DNA of 64,000 nucleotides from NCBI GenBank assembly GCA_964035545.1, contig OZ037765.1, forward strand, positions 23,621,504-23,685,503. The letters are read 5' to 3'. Of the stretch, positions 25,757 to 37,646 are shown in pieces (position 1 is the stretch's first letter; each line of letters starts with the position of its first letter). A program made the translations under genes and the position numbers. Below the pieces are notes generated by a model that searched no databases, was not told the DNA's origin, and worked only from the letters and a program-made list of their open reading frames with translations. The stretch comes from Bugula neritina (taxonomy: Eukaryota; Animalia; Bryozoa).

Positions 25757-26730
25757 CTCTCTCAAGAATTACAAATAAATACAATGGCCTTTATTCCAGA
25801 AAGAATAAGCCTGTATAACATGTGATTCAAAAACATTTGGATAAGTATATATATATTTTTAAAGACGAAAGAGTGATATTAAGTTAAATCATCTAGATTC
25901 TAGAAGCTAGTATATGTGAAAAGTTTTGAAAGTATTTCTTGTGTATATGCGTTTGTACTAAAAATATATGTCAATCAATACAAATTGATTGACGTAGCAT
26001 ATGCTGTGAGCTGCTTGAAAGAGTTTGAGTCTATGATAATTAGATATTTCCTAATCAATAGTTTGAAGCTAAAAGTTGCCCATAATTTTCTTTCTGCTGT
26101 GAACTATACGTGCTGAGTAAGTACATGGCAAGTAGCCAAATGACAGTATTTTGTGCTATGGTAGTAGTTGACTTTGTAAAATATTCTCACGGTTTTTTCA
26201 AACATGCTTTATAAAGCATAATTTTGCTATGCTAATAAAATAAATACAAAATCAGCAACATTTTTGCTAATGAATCCTAGAGATACTCAAATGAAGCACA
26301 ACATTTATTGTACTATTATACTAAAAACCTGTCACAAATTTGTAAAAGTTTTGCTCCATAATTAAGTAAATGGTACAATATAGGCTACTTAGTTATACAT
26401 CATCAGGCAGTTGTTGAATAGCAGTAAACAACTTGAGGTTTTGCTAAACTTGCCCCACAAGACAAATTGAGAATATAGCAAAACTATCATCAAAGTATTA
26501 TTACTATTCAAATTTATTTGAGAATAATGTTGTATATAAGCTTACGTACCCAAACAATCTGAAGCAACTGCTGGAACATGGAATATGTAGTTCTGTGGCA
26601 CAACATCTACTTTAGAACAACCTGACTGTAACAAGTAATTTGAGAAGAAAGTTTGTTTGGAGTTAACTGATGGTATCTTCTTCTGAATATATGTAGATCT
26701 ATCCTTCTTGACTAGAAATGAACGAGGCAT
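23878..26730 (-). CDS. scrt: Scratch-family (Snail superfamily) C2H2 zinc-finger repressor, 2 exons, ~287 aa
   Basis: Exon 1 (26730-26550) begins with the SNAG motif MPRSFLVKK. Exon 2 (24560-23878) has a scratch-box remnant [10 protein letters not shown] and five fingers, including [36 protein letters not shown] and [17 protein letters not shown]. Phase-1 join, 864 nt total. Confidence 0.92.
25690..25755. repeat. (TA)n microsatellite in the scratch intron
   Basis: Perfect dinucleotide run of ~33 units. Confidence 0.95.
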
Positions 26731-27054
26731 ATTGGTAGCAAACAAAGCAAACGGCAGCAGCAGCTTATTCAACCACCTGATGCTGCCTTCTTATTTTCTA
26801 TAAAAATGGCATTATTCATCAGATGGCGTTACTTAGAGAATGAAATCAATATTCTAGGCGGAGTCTATCTATGCTGCTGTTTCATGGGTTGTTTATGTGA
26901 TACATGCAGAGATGTATACTCTTGAGAGATGCAGTTGTTTATTCATGGTGACACAATGCAAAGATTACCATCTAGTTATTGCTAACTGACATCTTGCATA
27001 TATAAATTAGAAAAAAATGATCAAGATACTTTCTTTGTAATTGATTGGTTTATG

Positions 27055-27090
27055 CAAGTGCCATATGCCACAAACACCTGTTGGCATATG
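27055..27090. promoter_or_regulatory. E-box cluster upstream of scratch (candidate bHLH/Snail-family element)
   Basis: CAAGTG 27055, CATATG 27062, CACCTG 27075 and CATATG 27085 within 36 bp; further CANNTG at 26774, 26820 and 26932. Confidence 0.5.
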
Positions 27091-28329
27091 CTATGAAGAG
27101 CAAGACAGTTATTAGGTTATTGATTTTTGCAATGACCTAATTCATGTTATCAGAACTGAGGTGCATAGTTAGTAGAGTAATAACTTACTTAAACATCTAT
27201 GTTGGAGTTTATACATTGTATGAATTAAATTATGAGCTGTGTATTAATAATTCTATTTATAAATTAATGAATATTTATTAATATAATATTATAGCAAAAA
27301 TGCTAAGCTTATTATTATATTATTATCATGAATCTTTTTTTCTTGTGTAAAGAGTTCTTTACCATTTAATATAGCTAAGAATGCTGTGTTTAACATATAA
27401 CCACAAGTAAATTACTAGCTTTGTATTGCCATGTAGTCACAGGGCTCTCAAAGTTTGTCAAATTTAAATAATGAAGTTGCATGCCAACATTGATATCTTT
27501 TTAAATTTTAGCTGCTCAATGCACACAGAGTGTAGCCTCCTAATCATTAAAATAATAGATAAGATGAACACCTAATGATAAAATGTATGTTTTGTTAATT
27601 TAGGTTAATTAGGTTACAAGCTGCTAAAATATTGCTTCCATGCCTTATTAAATTTAAATATTAGTAAAGCTTCTAAATTTATATATTATAGTGCACCTAG
27701 ATGATGAACCATTCATTTTCTTCTATTTTAAAGAACCGTTGGTGAAATTTGTAAGAAACACAGAGTTATCTTATTTCCAACTCAAGACATGACTATACTT
27801 ATGCCTTTTGAATTGTTCTATAAGCAGCTGCAAGTTAGGGGTGATTAAATCCAATAATTTGGCGGCTCTCAATTTTTGAGTTTTAATGAACTCTACTGTG
27901 AAGTTTAACCCTTCGATAACATCCAACTCCAAACTGGCGAATTTTGAACTACTGCACTCAATCACCCACAACTCGGAGCTGCTTATAAAACAATTTATGC
28001 CTTTTTTTAATTGACAATAGTGGAGTTCAAGATTTAAAGTTTGGGGCATAAGCTAAGGCCCCGAACCAAATTAATTTTCAACCAACTTGTTGTAGGGGGC
28101 TGTGTCATGTTTGCAGCAGACAATCTCAATCTGTAACAACCTGAACATCAATATGAAACTGAACGAGAGTGTATTAAATTTCAGTGAAACTGAATAGCAT
28201 AGCTTAGCAAACACATACTTGCTTTAAAAATACTTATTACTATAGATGCAATTCTTCTTTAATTTGTATGCCATAATTGCTTCATTATTATTGTACTACA
28301 GCCACCACTGTTCTAACATATTCATATTC

Positions 28330-29960
28330 TGGGACTTCATAATGATAATTATTCATATATTAAATTTTATAGTTATGATTATTCTTTTTGCTTTCAATTG
28401 CCATTGTTGTATTCTAATTATTACTATTTAAATAACATGTTAATTGTTTAAATTTATGAATAAATTTCTGTTCAATTAATATCAAATTAAATGGTCATGA
28501 CGTAAAAGTGAACAGTAAAAGTAAACGGTGGGAGTGTTATGAATATAAGTGATTATTATTTATTAATTGAATTAATTAATATTTAGTTTTATATTGAAAT
28601 TTTAATTTAGTTAACAGTTTGAGTTGCTCATACTCATGCATACTGTTAGTAAAAGTGTTAGTCTTTAAAGTTAGTGTTAAACTTACTATTAACATTGGTA
28701 TCAGCATTAGTTTTACTATTTCAATTTGTGTTTATGTAGTTTTATCATAATGACTAAGTAATTCAGTTTAGTTGGATTACAGTTTCACTTATTCTTGAGT
28801 TATTCTAAGACTTATAGTTAATATTATAACATTATAGAGTTTAGCTATTCAATATTTATTATTCAGAATATCAATATAAGTAATAAGGATAGTTATTTGA
28901 TATTAATTTTATAATGATAATATTGAGTCAAAAATAAAAATTACAACAGTTTGAAGCCAAAAGTCAATAATTATTTTTAGATAACATTAAATATAAGTCT
29001 AAATTTAGGTAAAAATGAAAATATAATTCTAACTCAGCAGGGGATTAATGTGAATGTGTTTGTAAGCGATATAACAAAATGAACCAAATAATAAATACAA
29101 GTCAATAATCCTCTCTCTCTTGCAATCAGTCGATATGACTATGACTGTTTTATGGCTTCGGCTTAAATTTGGTTGCAGCTCTCCATGCAACTTTGTTGTC
29201 AGCCGTCTGTTGCCAGGAACTCAAGTTGATTGATTTCCATTTCATATTCTTCTTGGCAACATCTTCAAGACTGAGTTTAGGTCGCCCTCTATTTTGTTTG
29301 CCGTATTTTAGCTGAGAATAGAGCAATTGTCTTGGAAGCTGGCTATGTTCCATCCTGCACACATGACCTAGCTATCTCAGGTTCTTTTCTATAAAGATGT
29401 CAGCCATGCTTGGCAAATTGGCACGCCTTAATATTTTTTTATTTGTAATTTTGTGTTACCATTTTTCAGCCAATATGTCTCTCAATTGCCTTATCATGAA
29501 AGTGCTTAGCTTCTTCACCTGTCTCCTGTATATTGTCCATGTTTCTGCTCCATACAGCAGACTTGAGAGCACCACCGCTCTGTAGACTTTACACAAGTTA
29601 ATAATATTAGTCTTAATATTACCTTCACCAATCTTTATTTATTAAAATTCTATTCATCCTGACTGTCACATTGAGTAAAACATAAACTGTGTTTACTGAC
29701 TGAGCTTAAATGCCTACTTATATTATTAAGCTCATGGGTTATAACAGGGTCAGTGTGAGTGACACACTTAATTATTTCTATATGTTGTAATAACAGTACT
29801 GTTTTATTAACGCTTAGTATAAATAGTTTATCAAAAATTATAAGCCTAGACTGATAAATAATAATTAGACATCATTGTAATCAGATAATTTGATGTTTTT
29901 ATTTAGATTGATTTAAATGTGTAATAATTAATGTTTGAATGATAGCAATTATATACATAA
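28330..29960. repeat. Degenerate 6-bp-periodic T-n-A tract C, upstream of SPATA22 ATG, split by a LINE fragment
   Basis: 28663-28716 parses as ctTtAa agTtAg tgTtAa acTtAc taTtAa caTtgg taTcAg caTtAg ttTtAc; the pattern resumes after 29590. Confidence 0.65.
29110..29591 (-). mobile_element. 5'-truncated RTE-like non-LTR retrotransposon 3' fragment, inactive
   Basis: Translates KVYRAVVLSSLLYGAETWTIY...W*HKITN...LR*LGHVCRM...LPRQLLYSQL...RGRPKL...W, typical of the post-RT C-terminus of RTE-type LINEs; two in-frame stops; short (GA)n tail. Confidence 0.85.
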
Positions 29961-30233
29961 TTAACAATTCGACCATAAGAAGTTTATGCTTAACTTACCT
30001 TTCATGTGCACATGTTTAAATTTTTATACTACTCTGATTTCTTGCTATATTGATTGTATGTTAAGCTCAGTAATTAATGGCCACCAAATTGGTTTTAAAA
30101 ATTTAGGTTTCTTATTCAGTGAAGTGACAATAAATGTGTTACATCTTAATATTAGGAAATTTTGCTCTGTCTGAGCACACATAAGCTAATCATTTATATG
30201 TATTGTTTTAGAGAGCGAACTATTTTATATAAA

Positions 30234-33200
30234 ATGAGTTGGAACACCAATAATTGGAACTCGGATGGCAATAACTTCAATTTTGTTGGTAAGCCAAGCA
30301 GAGGAGTATAGCAAGATAATTTTAGTTTAAAAATTAGTGAAACATTTCAAAAGGTCTCGGTTGAGTAGTTTTGCATAAGAGCAATTTCATTTTATTTCGT
30401 ACACACTACTTGTTTAAATTCTTTTTATCGTGTAGCTTCCCAATACAATTAACAATTCCATGCAATATTGCGACACTTTAAACATATTTAAATTAAGGTT
30501 CTTGTAAGTACAATTTCAAAAGCTATGAAAAATAAAATAATATTGCTGTAAAGGTTCAAACTTCACTTTTTTCATACTATAACAATAAACTAATTAATAT
30601 ATAGTTCTCAAAATAGTTTTCTAGCATTGTGTGTTTATACTTAAATAATTTCTGCATCAATAATGTAACATCAATACATATAACATTCAATTATAAACTG
30701 TATAGAACAGAATTAATATAAAATCATAGCAGTAACATGTTTTCTCATTAAGGAAGCCCTGAAAAGTTTAATTACTGTACCGAGTCCATGATGGGTAGAT
30801 TTTATTAATAGAATAATATATTTAATTTTTTTATTCTAATATGCATAGCACACCCACACTAATAAGATGAAATTATGATATAACTGGACAATTTTTAGCA
30901 GATAATTTTGAAATCAGATTTGCTAAATTACTCCATACCCAAAGTACCATATGCCACGTGATTTGAACAGTTCATAACTTTTTTTAAAACCATATAAATA
31001 AAAATCACTTGCATTTTGTAAAATGTTTAATTATTGCTTTTGTATTTCATGTACTAACAGTACTTTTTTATTTTTAAGCTTTAAGTTATTTACCATAGGC
31101 ACTAGTGATAGAAAGGTATCTCAAAGCCAATGGAGAGCACCAACTTCACAACAACCATATACACAATATACCCACAAGTAGGTTCACTAACTTACAACTT
31201 CTTAACCATATAATGCGGGTGTTGTCATGTTATTTTACACACTTTGAACAAAAATTTGCATTTGGCAGTAATTCAACTATTATCTTTTAAATTTGATCAA
31301 ACTACGCTTATGGCTTATATTAAAATTATTTTGCCTATAATGCAGTGTGCACCTGAAAATAGTGTGCTCACTTTCAGTTAAAATTTGATGGCTTAATATG
31401 TGTAATAAAATATATTATCTTGTTAATGAAAACTGTTTCTATTTTTAAGAGAAAAGGCAAATCTATTTTGTTGCTTAAGCCAATTTCTATCTATAGTGGC
31501 CCAACATCACAACCAAGGTCTTTTAGTTGGGATGCTCAATCACAAAAACCGTTATGGGGAAAAAGTCAGATCTCAAACAATGAAGATGTTATGCCAGCTC
31601 ATTACAGTGGAAGAGCTAAAAATCCATGTATGCAGTTGGCTAGTGGAAACAACAGCACTGGAGGGCATGGATTTAATTTTTACCAGCAAGGTGATAACAA
31701 CTGGCATCAAAATAATGATAGAATGTATTTAAATAGTGCACAACCTATTCAGCATCCTGTAAATCAGCCGATCTTGCCAAGGAACCCACACTATACTGAA
31801 AAGGAAAGTTTTAAACCAACTTATTCCAATACACACTGCAGCATGACTAGTCAAAATGTGAAGCAGCCTCTCTGTCACAGACCTATGGAAGTAAACTCTG
31901 TACCGCAAAATTCCTTAAAATTTAAGCCCGAGGTAATTAATAATGTTATATAGAATATGCAGTAAAATGCTGGATTACATATTTGTCTGCTGAAATGAGC
32001 AAGTCTTTTACTTCTCTGTTGCTGAAATTTTACTCATAATTCAACATACATTTTGTTGAAGCGGTGATACCACTTAAATATGTTGCTAAAACTATTGGGT
32101 GTTGAAACCGATTGCAATATAGTTAACAATCCAGGAAATGTTATATAGTTAGTCCGTAATTTCAGCTTAAATTAAACTACTTTGCTGGTCAACTTATTAT
32201 CTCACATATTTTGTGTTGTTGGCTTACAAATTATAGTGTAAACCTGAAAACATAAGCTATCCTGCTCCTATCTCAGTAATATGAAAAGTTACATTAGAAG
32301 TGAAATATTAGATCTACTAGAACTCTTATCAAGTGTTGGTGTTGTAGCAAAATAGGTCTGGCAGTAAAAGTTCTTTGCTGAAGAAACTGGACCAGTCAAT
32401 GAGGGTTATAACTTGCAATGTTGAAGGAATTCATCACTGGATTAGCACCCTGGGAGATAAGGCACCTATTGTTTTTGAGCTATTCGGTAAGGTTTTTGGA
32501 AAATGGAATTTTTCACAGAATTTTATATATAAGCCTATCATATTATATAACAGTGACTGTTTGCTATTATAACAAAAATAATTACATGAAAAATAATTAA
32601 AACTGCTCACCAAATTATGAGTAAAACTTCATACAAGCTTTCAACAAAAGGTGAAAATTTGATTACAAATAAAATAAACAGTGCTTAATAAACCTAAGAG
32701 TTATGTAGTAAATTTGTGCTTGGCTTGGCTGTGACGAGCTAATAGAATTTTGAACTATTAACAGGCGCTCACTTTTGTTTAAAGCCTTTTTTTGTGAGAA
32801 ACCTCTGGTGAAAAGCTTTTTTTTAAACTGGGCTGAGGACTGCATGCTGTGGTACAGGATTAACTGTGATCAGATACTCTACCTGAAATCACCTGCCAGG
32901 GTTTTACACATAATATTACCTAGTCATTGCTCTAAAGTCTAACCCTTTGTAGGCACTGATATCATATAACTGATGATTATATTCTGAGTTAGGTGTAAGC
33001 CGTGTTGAAAGGAGTGTTAACGAGAGAGGCCTGTAGCAATGAATATAGGCTTGTAAAATTTGTTGCTGTGCAATTCTAATTGCATTCTGCTTATAATAAA
33101 ATCTACTAGGGAAATATTTCTCTGAATCAAAGTTGTTCCCCATTAGACAATACACAGGTTGTGTTCAATTTGGAAAGTCAACTAGCAGGTTTTAAATCTC

Positions 33201-34312
33201 AACAGCAGTGAGCATTTTAACAACATGCAATTGCAGGACATTGTATAAATCTTTATGCTTTTCCATTCATTTCAGTATATTTTAATGAGTCTGTTTAATT
33301 TCTTTAGGAAATGTTAAAGAAATCATCCCTGATCATCAAAAGATAATGTTCACTGTAGGAGGAAAATCATTGGAAATAAATTGCATTTTCTATTGCATGG
33401 TAAGCCTAATGTCACTTGAGTCAATCTAAATAATTTAGTTTGTCATTTTGATGGTCAAGCTTTTAGCATATTTGTACTCCAGTATTTCACTTTGAGAAAA
33501 ACAACTTGGTTTTTGTTAATTCATTATGTTGCTTTTGCTTTAGGATTTGAACATATATTTGAATTTAAAAGTGCCTTTAAAGTAAATAAAAATACAATTG
33601 TGTAGGTTCAAAATCAATAAATTAAAAACTATTTTGTTAACTATGATGTCATCAGTTGTTTTGTTTTAGGAACAGATTTTCCCATTTATAACTAAAGGGG
33701 AGTGCATTCGGTTAGTACATTAGTTGCATCACCAATATTATTATTCAATTTTTTTTTAATAAATTTGAATGCAGTCATATAAAAAATGATTAAAAAACTC
33801 CTGGAAAAATCCCAAATTCAACTTGTGTAGTTAAGGTTCAAATCAATAATATTGTAGTTATTTATTTTACATTAATTTTATGAAAAAATTATATTGGTCA
33901 ATTTTGTTAATTATGATAAAAATACATTTTATATGCCATATTTTGTAAAATGAACATAAAATTATAAACTAGCCATTAATTGACAATGATAAATAATTGA
34001 CCTAACAAACAAGTGCAATTATAGTTATTTCAAGAGAATTATATTATGCTTGAAATAACAAAAACATTGAAGTTGAAAGTCAACATGCAAACAGTTGATA
34101 TTACATTATGATATGATTATAAGGTTCTCATTATATTATGTGATTATTGCTATGATTTCAGAGCGATTGGGCGACTAGATACAAAGACGAATAATTTTCA
34201 ATGCATCAGCGTTAGGCAGGCTACAACTGATGAAAAGTCTTGTGCTATGAAGTTGGTCCAAATGTGCATCAGCACTGTTAACAAATTTCATCTCTCCAAA
34301 CATGAAGTATAA
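30234..34312 (+). CDS. SPATA22: Spermatogenesis-associated protein 22 (meiotic MEIOB partner, C-terminal OB-fold), 7 coding exons, ~330 aa
   Basis: Exons 30234-30288, 31099-31177, 31497-31932, 32348-32486, 33308-33399, 33670-33710, 34162-34312 total 993 nt in frame. C-terminus SMRVITCNVEGIHHW...IVFELFG...INCIFY...FITKGECIRAIGRLDTKTNNFQCISVRQAT matches the SPATA22 pattern as I recall it (LLFEV..., CVFYE, FQCVSVRPAS). N-terminal exons are less certain. Confidence 0.85.
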
Positions 34313-34318
34313 TGTAAT

Positions 34319-35295
34319 CTAATACTCGACTAGTGAATGTACTTTACTTGGAACTTTGGATCGACCACTGAGATCCTTTAGTTCGACAACAACTAAACAT
34401 CCTACAGTAGTTGCATTTGCTTTGGTGACTAGTTGGCAGGCTGCACTCATGGTACCTAAAAACCGATAACTTCTAAAGCATTGAAAGTATTTTATAGTTT
34501 AGTTTTTTGCACCAATTACATATTTTGCAACTTGTTTAATGTTACATAATGCTGATGTTACCAGGATTCAAATTTACAATTTTTGACAACTTATGCAATA
34601 CTTTACCTCCTGTAGCTAACAAATCATCAACAATTACAATCCGTTGGCCCTCCTTCACAGAGTCCACTTGTAACTCAAATATGTCCTAAATAAATTTAAA
34701 TATCATCATGATTATAATATTCTCTAATATTAGAATCATGACAAAATTCACAATCTACTCAAGTGTAAGATATAATGCAAAAACTATATAAACTTAATAT
34801 TTTTGTATAAATGCATTGTGTGATATTAAATATAAGCTCCAATAAAGAAACACTACACACTTGGTTTTACTTACCGAACCATATTCAAGCTTGTATTCTA
34901 CTTGAATTGTTTTTCCTGGCAACTTTCCTTTTTTTCTTATTGGTACAAATGGCAGTTGCAAATTTTGAGCAATGATGGGACCCAACAAAAAGCCACGGGC
35001 ATCAAGTCCAATAACAACATCAACTGAAAGACTTTTCACATGAGAAGTCATCAAGTCAATAAGATCACTAAATGCACCATGATCACTCAAGACTGGAAAT
35101 ATATCCCTGCAAAAAATATGCACAAATGCCACACTTGATTAAAAAATGCACAATTTTCATTAAACACAATGTCTGACAAATTCAAGCAGAAAAAACCCAT
35201 GGTAATATTTACCTAAACAGTATGCCTGGCTTAGGAAAATCAGGAATAGCATCAATCCGTGCTTTAACTCTATCCAATTTATTTTTGTCTTCCAT
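34319..35295 (-). CDS. APRT: Adenine phosphoribosyltransferase, 4 exons, 176 aa
   Basis: Exons 35295-35213, 35106-34875, 34685-34607, 34455-34319 (531 nt); motifs PDFPKPGILFRDI, GLDARGF, RKKGKLPG, YKLEYG and PRPP-binding VIVDDLLATGGT. Confidence 0.96.
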
Positions 35296-35469
35296 TTTTT
35301 TCTGCTGTGCAATGTCTCTACAAGAAAATCGGTTATATTTACTTTTATAATTAATAATTATAAATAATTCGTCATGTCTTAATGCAATTATTATACGCAA
35401 CATAATTTAAACACTCCCAGTACCTAATTACTCAACAATATAAAGAATATTTATCCAGTGCATGATCTG

Positions 35470-35870
35470 GTCATGGTGATGATATTATTAGTATTAGTAA
35501 TACTAATAGTATTACTCGCACTCATAGTCATACTGATACTCGGTACTGTGATACTCGCACTTAGTATAATGTATATTACTAATAGTAATACCAATTGGCA
35601 ATTAACATTATTTAGTAATGGTAATTGGTAATACTAATAGTAATAGTAATGATTACTATATTACTACAACTATTACTATTAGTAATAGTATTAATGATAA
35701 AATTATTCTAATCAATATTTATTATATTATAATTATTAATAAATTACTATTATGATGATTATTATATTCATGTTATTTATTAATATTATGATTATCAATA
35801 TGAAAATCATAAATTTAAAATTAACGATTGCGGATTAGCTTTGAATATACTTAAAGTTAAAGTTAGTCAT
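35470..35870. repeat. Degenerate 6-bp-periodic tract D, upstream of APRT ATG
   Basis: 35496-35543 parses as agtaat actaat agtatt actcgc actcat agtcat actgat actcgg. Confidence 0.7.
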
Positions 35871-36935
35871 TCTGAGGCAGTTTTGCTTAAAATGCATCAT
35901 TTAATAATATTAAGTGTTATTGACATAACTGATGCTATATGTACATATTTGCAAAGTAAAAATAATATACAATAAATGAATAATAATTAATATTTTCATT
36001 TGGACTTGGTGTAGCCAACAACACGCAGCATGCCATGTATTTTTTGCAGAATATTTGTTATAGTAGGTAGTCTTAAAGCAATGTTGAGTGTAAAAGATAT
36101 CCTTTCGAACAAAAACTTAGCTTTGTTAGTTCCCTACTACTTTAGCGTACCCAATTCATCCTATTGCACTAAACTTCATGTTGCTGGACTGAGAATTATC
36201 TTCTCAATTTTATACTGGAGAGGATATGTGCACTGAACTGGAAATTCGTTGGATATATGCATGTCTACAGAATATTATACTGCAACATTTTTCAAAATTC
36301 AAAGAGAAAATTATTCCCAATTTCAAATACTTGCATTTATTGTGTATATACTTCAATTGTAAACAATTTTGCTGTTGATGTTTGTAATATGGTTTTTTGT
36401 AATTTATAAGTTGTAACCCCTCATTTTTTTTATCATGTTTGTTGTATTCAAATTTTATTGTTTATGCAACTATGTTCAATCACAATCACTATTTTATGCA
36501 ATATGTACTAAAACATATTATCGTGAATTGTTATATTTTAATACATTCTTTGGCTTAGAAAGAGGGAATTCATATCACATTAGAGTGATAATCATAACAA
36601 TCTAACCCTGTGCATTCTTTACTCCCCAACATGTCACAAGCAGTTTTTCACTCTAAGCTTCTATCAACTCACAAAAAACTAATTTCTCTTCAATTTAGCT
36701 CAAAACTAGAAGTCATTGATTTTTCTTGCAGATCTCCATCTTGTAGCAAGTTTTTTTTTCTCCTTTTACTTTTCACTTCTGAAACATACTTCTCATTAAT
36801 TTCTAAATTTACCTTTAGATTTTTACTATAAACTATAAAAGACCTCTACCATACATTATTAGTTCAAATCAACCTCTAATATTCATAATACAAGTTGTGT
36901 AACCAGAATTCTATCTACTTAATGACCTTCTTTTA

Positions 36936-37085
36936 GTAGCAGTAGTGGAGAAATTGAGATAGCCTAAGTTCTTCAAGTTTATTTTTAAATTTTGGTTTGT
37001 GGAGCAGGTTGAAATTAACATAACTTCTTTAGCTAAATTTTTAATTTAAAACACAGGCTTTTCCCAGTTTCTCCATTAATGCATC
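36936..37085. mobile_element. ~150-bp MITE, family 1, copy 1
   Basis: Imperfect TIRs GCAGTAGTGGAGAAATTGAGA / TCCCAGTTTCTCCATTAATGC with TA flanks; colinear with the copy at 49539-49680. Confidence 0.75.
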
Positions 37086-37646
37086 TACCTCCTGCCTATA
37101 AACAAATCTGGTATTACTAACTTCCAGTATATTTGACATGGTGCTTTACAGAACAACTTGACATTTTGTCTTGACTGAAATATTAAATTGAAAGAATAAT
37201 AAGCAATTGCCTTGCATACATATATTATATTTACTCTCACGTGGTGGTCAAATTGATACATGATAAAATCATTGAGATTCCTTTAACATATTATGAAATG
37301 ATTACACACTATTACTACAAGCAAACGGATCTGCACCATTAGGAAACTTTGAACACTAGTCTACTGCAATATTTAGTAAAACTAAGCCAATTTTTGATCA
37401 GGTTTAAACACAATTTCATAATCTTTGATTGATAATAAAACATACTTAGCAACACAGTGATTACAATAATAACAAAATTTGACCCATCAACCATTACTGA
37501 TAACGAATACTTGTTCATGAGCAAACAGAGTTGGTATTAAAACCATACAAGGGAGTTTAAGGGGTGAATTTACTGCACAACTCAGCTAGAAGAAAACTTT
37601 GAACTACTTCAGATCAGGGCTTCAGAGTTAGAAAAATAAAGAGCAT

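Noticed and set aside
27771-28049. 92-aa minus-strand ORF between scratch and SPATA22
   Set aside because: No homology recognised and no supported exon chain.
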